The position numbers and the translations under genes are program-made. 64,000 nucleotides of DNA from Mobula hypostoma (taxonomy: Eukaryota). The stretch spans positions 53,632,001 to 53,696,000 of the forward strand of contig NC_086097.1 of NCBI RefSeq assembly GCF_963921235.1. The letters run 5' to 3'. The stretch's first letter is position 1. Every line of letters begins with the position of its first letter. The notes under the pieces were generated by a model. The model ran no database searches. It was given only the letters and a program-made list of their open reading frames with translations, and was not told the origin of the DNA. Shown piece by piece: positions 60,891 through 64,000 of this stretch.

Positions 60891-62712
60891 GTCCCACCAA
60901 TACACAGGAGAGCACGGAACATAGTATATGACCCCAACAGACTCACAGGTGAAGTGTTGCCTCACCTGGAAGAACTGTTGTTTGGGGCCCAGAATGGTAG
61001 TGAGGGAGGAGGTGTAGCACTTGTTCCACTTGTAAGGATAAGTACTGGGAGGGAGATCAGTGGTGAGGGATGAATGGACAAGGGAGTTACAGGGTGATCC
61101 CTGCAGAAAGCAGAAATTGGGGGAGGGGGAGGGAGGGAAAGATGTGCTTGGTAGTGGGATCCCTTTGGAGATGGCAGAAGTTACAGAGAATTACGTGCTG
61201 GACATGGAGGCTGGTGGGGTGGTAGGTGAGGACAAGAGGAACCATATCCCTGGTAGGGTGGAGGGAGAATGGGGTGAAGACAGATGCGTGTGAAATGGAA
61301 GAGATGCAGTTGTGGGCAGCGCTGATGGTGGAGGAAGGGAAGCCCCTTTCTTTGAAAAAGGAGGACATCTCCTTTATTCTAGAATGAAAAGCCTTATCCT
61401 GAGAGCAGATGTCGTGGAGACAGAGGAACTGAGAGAAGGGGATAGCTTTTTTTTTTACAAGTGACAGGGTGAGAAGAGGTATAGTCTAGGTAGCTGTGAG
61501 AGTCTGTGGGTTTATAATGGACATCAGTAGATAAGCTGTCTCCAGAGATAGAGACAAAGAGATCGAGAAAGGGGAAGAAACTGTCGGAAATGGACTAGGT
61601 AAATGTGAGGGCAGGGTGGAAGTTGGAGGCAAAGTTGATGAAGTTGATGAATTCCGCATGGGGTCAGGGATCAGCACCAATCCAGTCGTCAATGTAGCGA
61701 AGGAAAAGAAGAGGCGGACACCAGTGTAGGCTTGGAACATAGACTGTTCCATATAGCCAACAAAAAGGCAGGCATAGCTGGGACCCATGTGAGTGCCCAT
61801 GGCTACATCTTTTGTTTGAAGGAAGTGGGAGGAGCCAAAGGAGAAATTATTGAGTGTGAGGACCAGTTCTGCCAGAGGAGTGGTGGTGGAGGAGAACTGA
61901 TTGGGTCTGGTGTCCAGAAAGAAACAGAAGCCTACCTGGTGGGGAAAGGATGTGTGGAGGGACTGGATATCCATGGTGAAAATAAGATGATGGGAGCCAA
62001 AGAACTTGGTCATTGAAAAGATCCAGAGCATGTGAATTGTCACAGATGTAGGAAGGGACTGAACCTGGGGGATAAAACAGAGTTAAGATATGCAGATATG
62101 AGTTCAGTGGGGCAGGAACCAGCTGAAACAATGGGTCTACCTGTACAAGCAGGTCTGTGGATCTTGGGTAGGAGGTAGAAATGGGAGCTGTGGGGCATGG
62201 GAACTATGAGGTTGGTGGCAGTGGATGGGAGATCCACTGTTGTAAAGTTGAGAAGGTGGATCCAATATTCATCTAACCCTTTGGTTCTGGAATACTGGTC
62301 ATAAGATAGATCTGGATGCGTTTGATCCCAGCACGTTCCTAACTTCTGTACTGTGGTCTCCACAGACTCTCCAGTTAATTGCTGGTGTAAAATGCAGGTG
62401 TTCTCCTGCAGACAATTTGTAAGTCTTAAAAGTAATTGCAAGAAAGCTTTGAGGAAAATTATAATTATATTCTAATTAGACTGTCATAAATTATTTTATC
62501 ATTTCCTGTCAGAGTCACCCTATGTATAGACACTCTTCTGCTTAGCATCACCTTATGGACATACAATCAATGTGTGTATATCATCTAACTTATGTATTTA
62601 TACTGATTGTGTTTTTTATTTTGTGTTCTTTATCTTATTGTGTTTTTTTTGGTGCTACACTACATCGGATCCAGATTAACAATTATTTTGTTAACCTAGA
62701 TAATGTTTTCCT

Positions 62713-62849
62713 GACGAAGCCCTGACGAAGGGTCTCGGCCTGAAACGCCGACTGTGCCTCTTCCTAGAGATGCTGCCTGGCCTGCTATGTTCACCAGCAA
62801 CTTTGATGTGTGTTGCTTGAATTTCCAGCATCTTCAGAATTCCTGTTGT
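62713..62849 (+). mobile_element. Minimal Penelope pLTR-tail insertion starting at the hammerhead core
   Basis: 12-bp TSD TAATGTTTTCCT at 62701-62712 and 62850-62861. CCTGACGAAG is duplicated at the 5' junction. The cleavage triplet is changed to GCC. Confidence 0.82.
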
Positions 62850-64000
62850 TAATGTTTTCCTTAATATCTTCTGAAAAATGAAAATATCATTTGATAAGAT
62901 ATTTTATTGTCATCTCTTTAGAGTTAAATTTCCTGTTCACAAAATTAACATCTCCTTTTCCCCACTTGTGATTCTCTAAGAATACCTATGATTTGATTAG
63001 CCATTTTTTTAATCAGTTTTCCCTAGCTTCTTGTCTAATGTTCCTTTGCCTTCAGGAGATTCCTGATCATTAAATGCAAACATGATAAATGTTTCACAAT
63101 GCTGACCTGATAGGGTTGCACATTCTTTGAAAGAATGATTTCGCAGTCAGATCACGCACAGTTGCTATCTGCTGCTCCTGAAAGTCTAAACGTCTACATG
63201 GTCCTTGACTATCAGTAACTCAATAACTCATTAAAAAATAGAACAATTACAGCCATTGTTGGGCTATAGTAGCCACCTGTTGATTTCAGCCTTCCACAAG
63301 AAAATAAGGATTTATCTCAAGGCCAGTTAATATGATCAATGCTTATGCAGAGTAACTGTGAACAGTGATTGGGGTAGGGTAGAGGGTGTAGAGGTTGTGG
63401 AGTCCTTTACAACCATGTAGTAGCTGAGTATAGCTTTTGCTTTAAGAAGAAAAAGCATAATAAAAAGCTAGTTGTGGAACAAGATTCTACTTGCAAAATA
63501 AATTCTTGATCTGCTAGTTAACATTTACCACAGACAAAGCAATTCGGAGGAGTTGGTTTCTGTCAAAAATCACATTAGAACTGTTGTTGCCTCAGAGAAG
63601 TTGGTTTCAGGTAAATAAGGTAAAACAAAATCTTCAAACAGAAGTGTAATTATAATAGGATTTCTGCAATGAACTATAATCTGTTTCTAGTGGAAAATTT
63701 CAGAATTCATTTTTAGATAGTTCTCTTTAATTGTTTGAGATTGATATCTTCAAACTCTCCAAAGGTTTCTTCAAGGCAGCAGACAAAACAGATGTAATCT
63801 TATAAAATTTCAAGCTTTGAACCCCAAGTTGTAGTAAACATTGTACATAATCATAAACTTACAAGTGATTAAAGTTTCTGTACCTCGACTTTGTAGTACC
63901 TTCTCTCTCTGTTATAGATTTTATTTCCTAACCAGATTTGATGTTTCAGAGTCATTAAAAATACTAGAAAGCTGTATTCCCTTTATTAATTAATCAATCT

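Larger units (their letters stand above)
55368..62237 (-). mobile_element. Penelope-like retroelement (RT plus GIY-YIG plus pLTR), 5'-truncated, split by a Gypsy insertion
   Basis: Reads FYLLPKIHRP...GRPIVS, FTMDIQSLHT, NNFSF...AMGTHMGPSYACLFVGYME and RYIDD (about 61686-61700). The endonuclease end reads RRLGDCFA..LRSV...LPVATHFN. The pLTR spans 55368-55790. Possible TSD TGTTGTAAA at 55355 and 62238. Confidence 0.92.

Overview
This window is repeat-dense vertebrate genomic DNA. The repeat repertoire (CR1, Rex1/Babar, Penelope, V-SINE) suggests a cartilaginous fish such as a ray; that is an inference. I recognise no host protein-coding exon, rRNA or tRNA gene, so the window reads as intron or intergenic DNA. 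Most ORF-track entries are transposon fragments or antisense shadows of them. The main elements are: two nested hAT remnants (1-1038); many CR1 and Rex1/Babar LINE pieces, including two long CR1 copies with a zinc-finger plus SGNH-esterase ORF1; V-SINEs; a Harbinger deletion derivative; a Tc1 derivative; a young RTE LINE (51525-53525); and a full-length CsRN1-clade Gypsy element (56030-60890) that sits inside a Penelope element and is itself interrupted by a CR1. The most interesting signal is a set of Penelope-derived insertions carrying a minimal hammerhead-ribozyme motif (AGTC-CTGACGA-stem II-GAAAC-GTC-GACT). Several are compact, ORF-less fold-back elements flanked by 12-17 bp target-site duplications (TSDs) and share recurrent breakpoints. 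All coordinates and alignments were read by eye.
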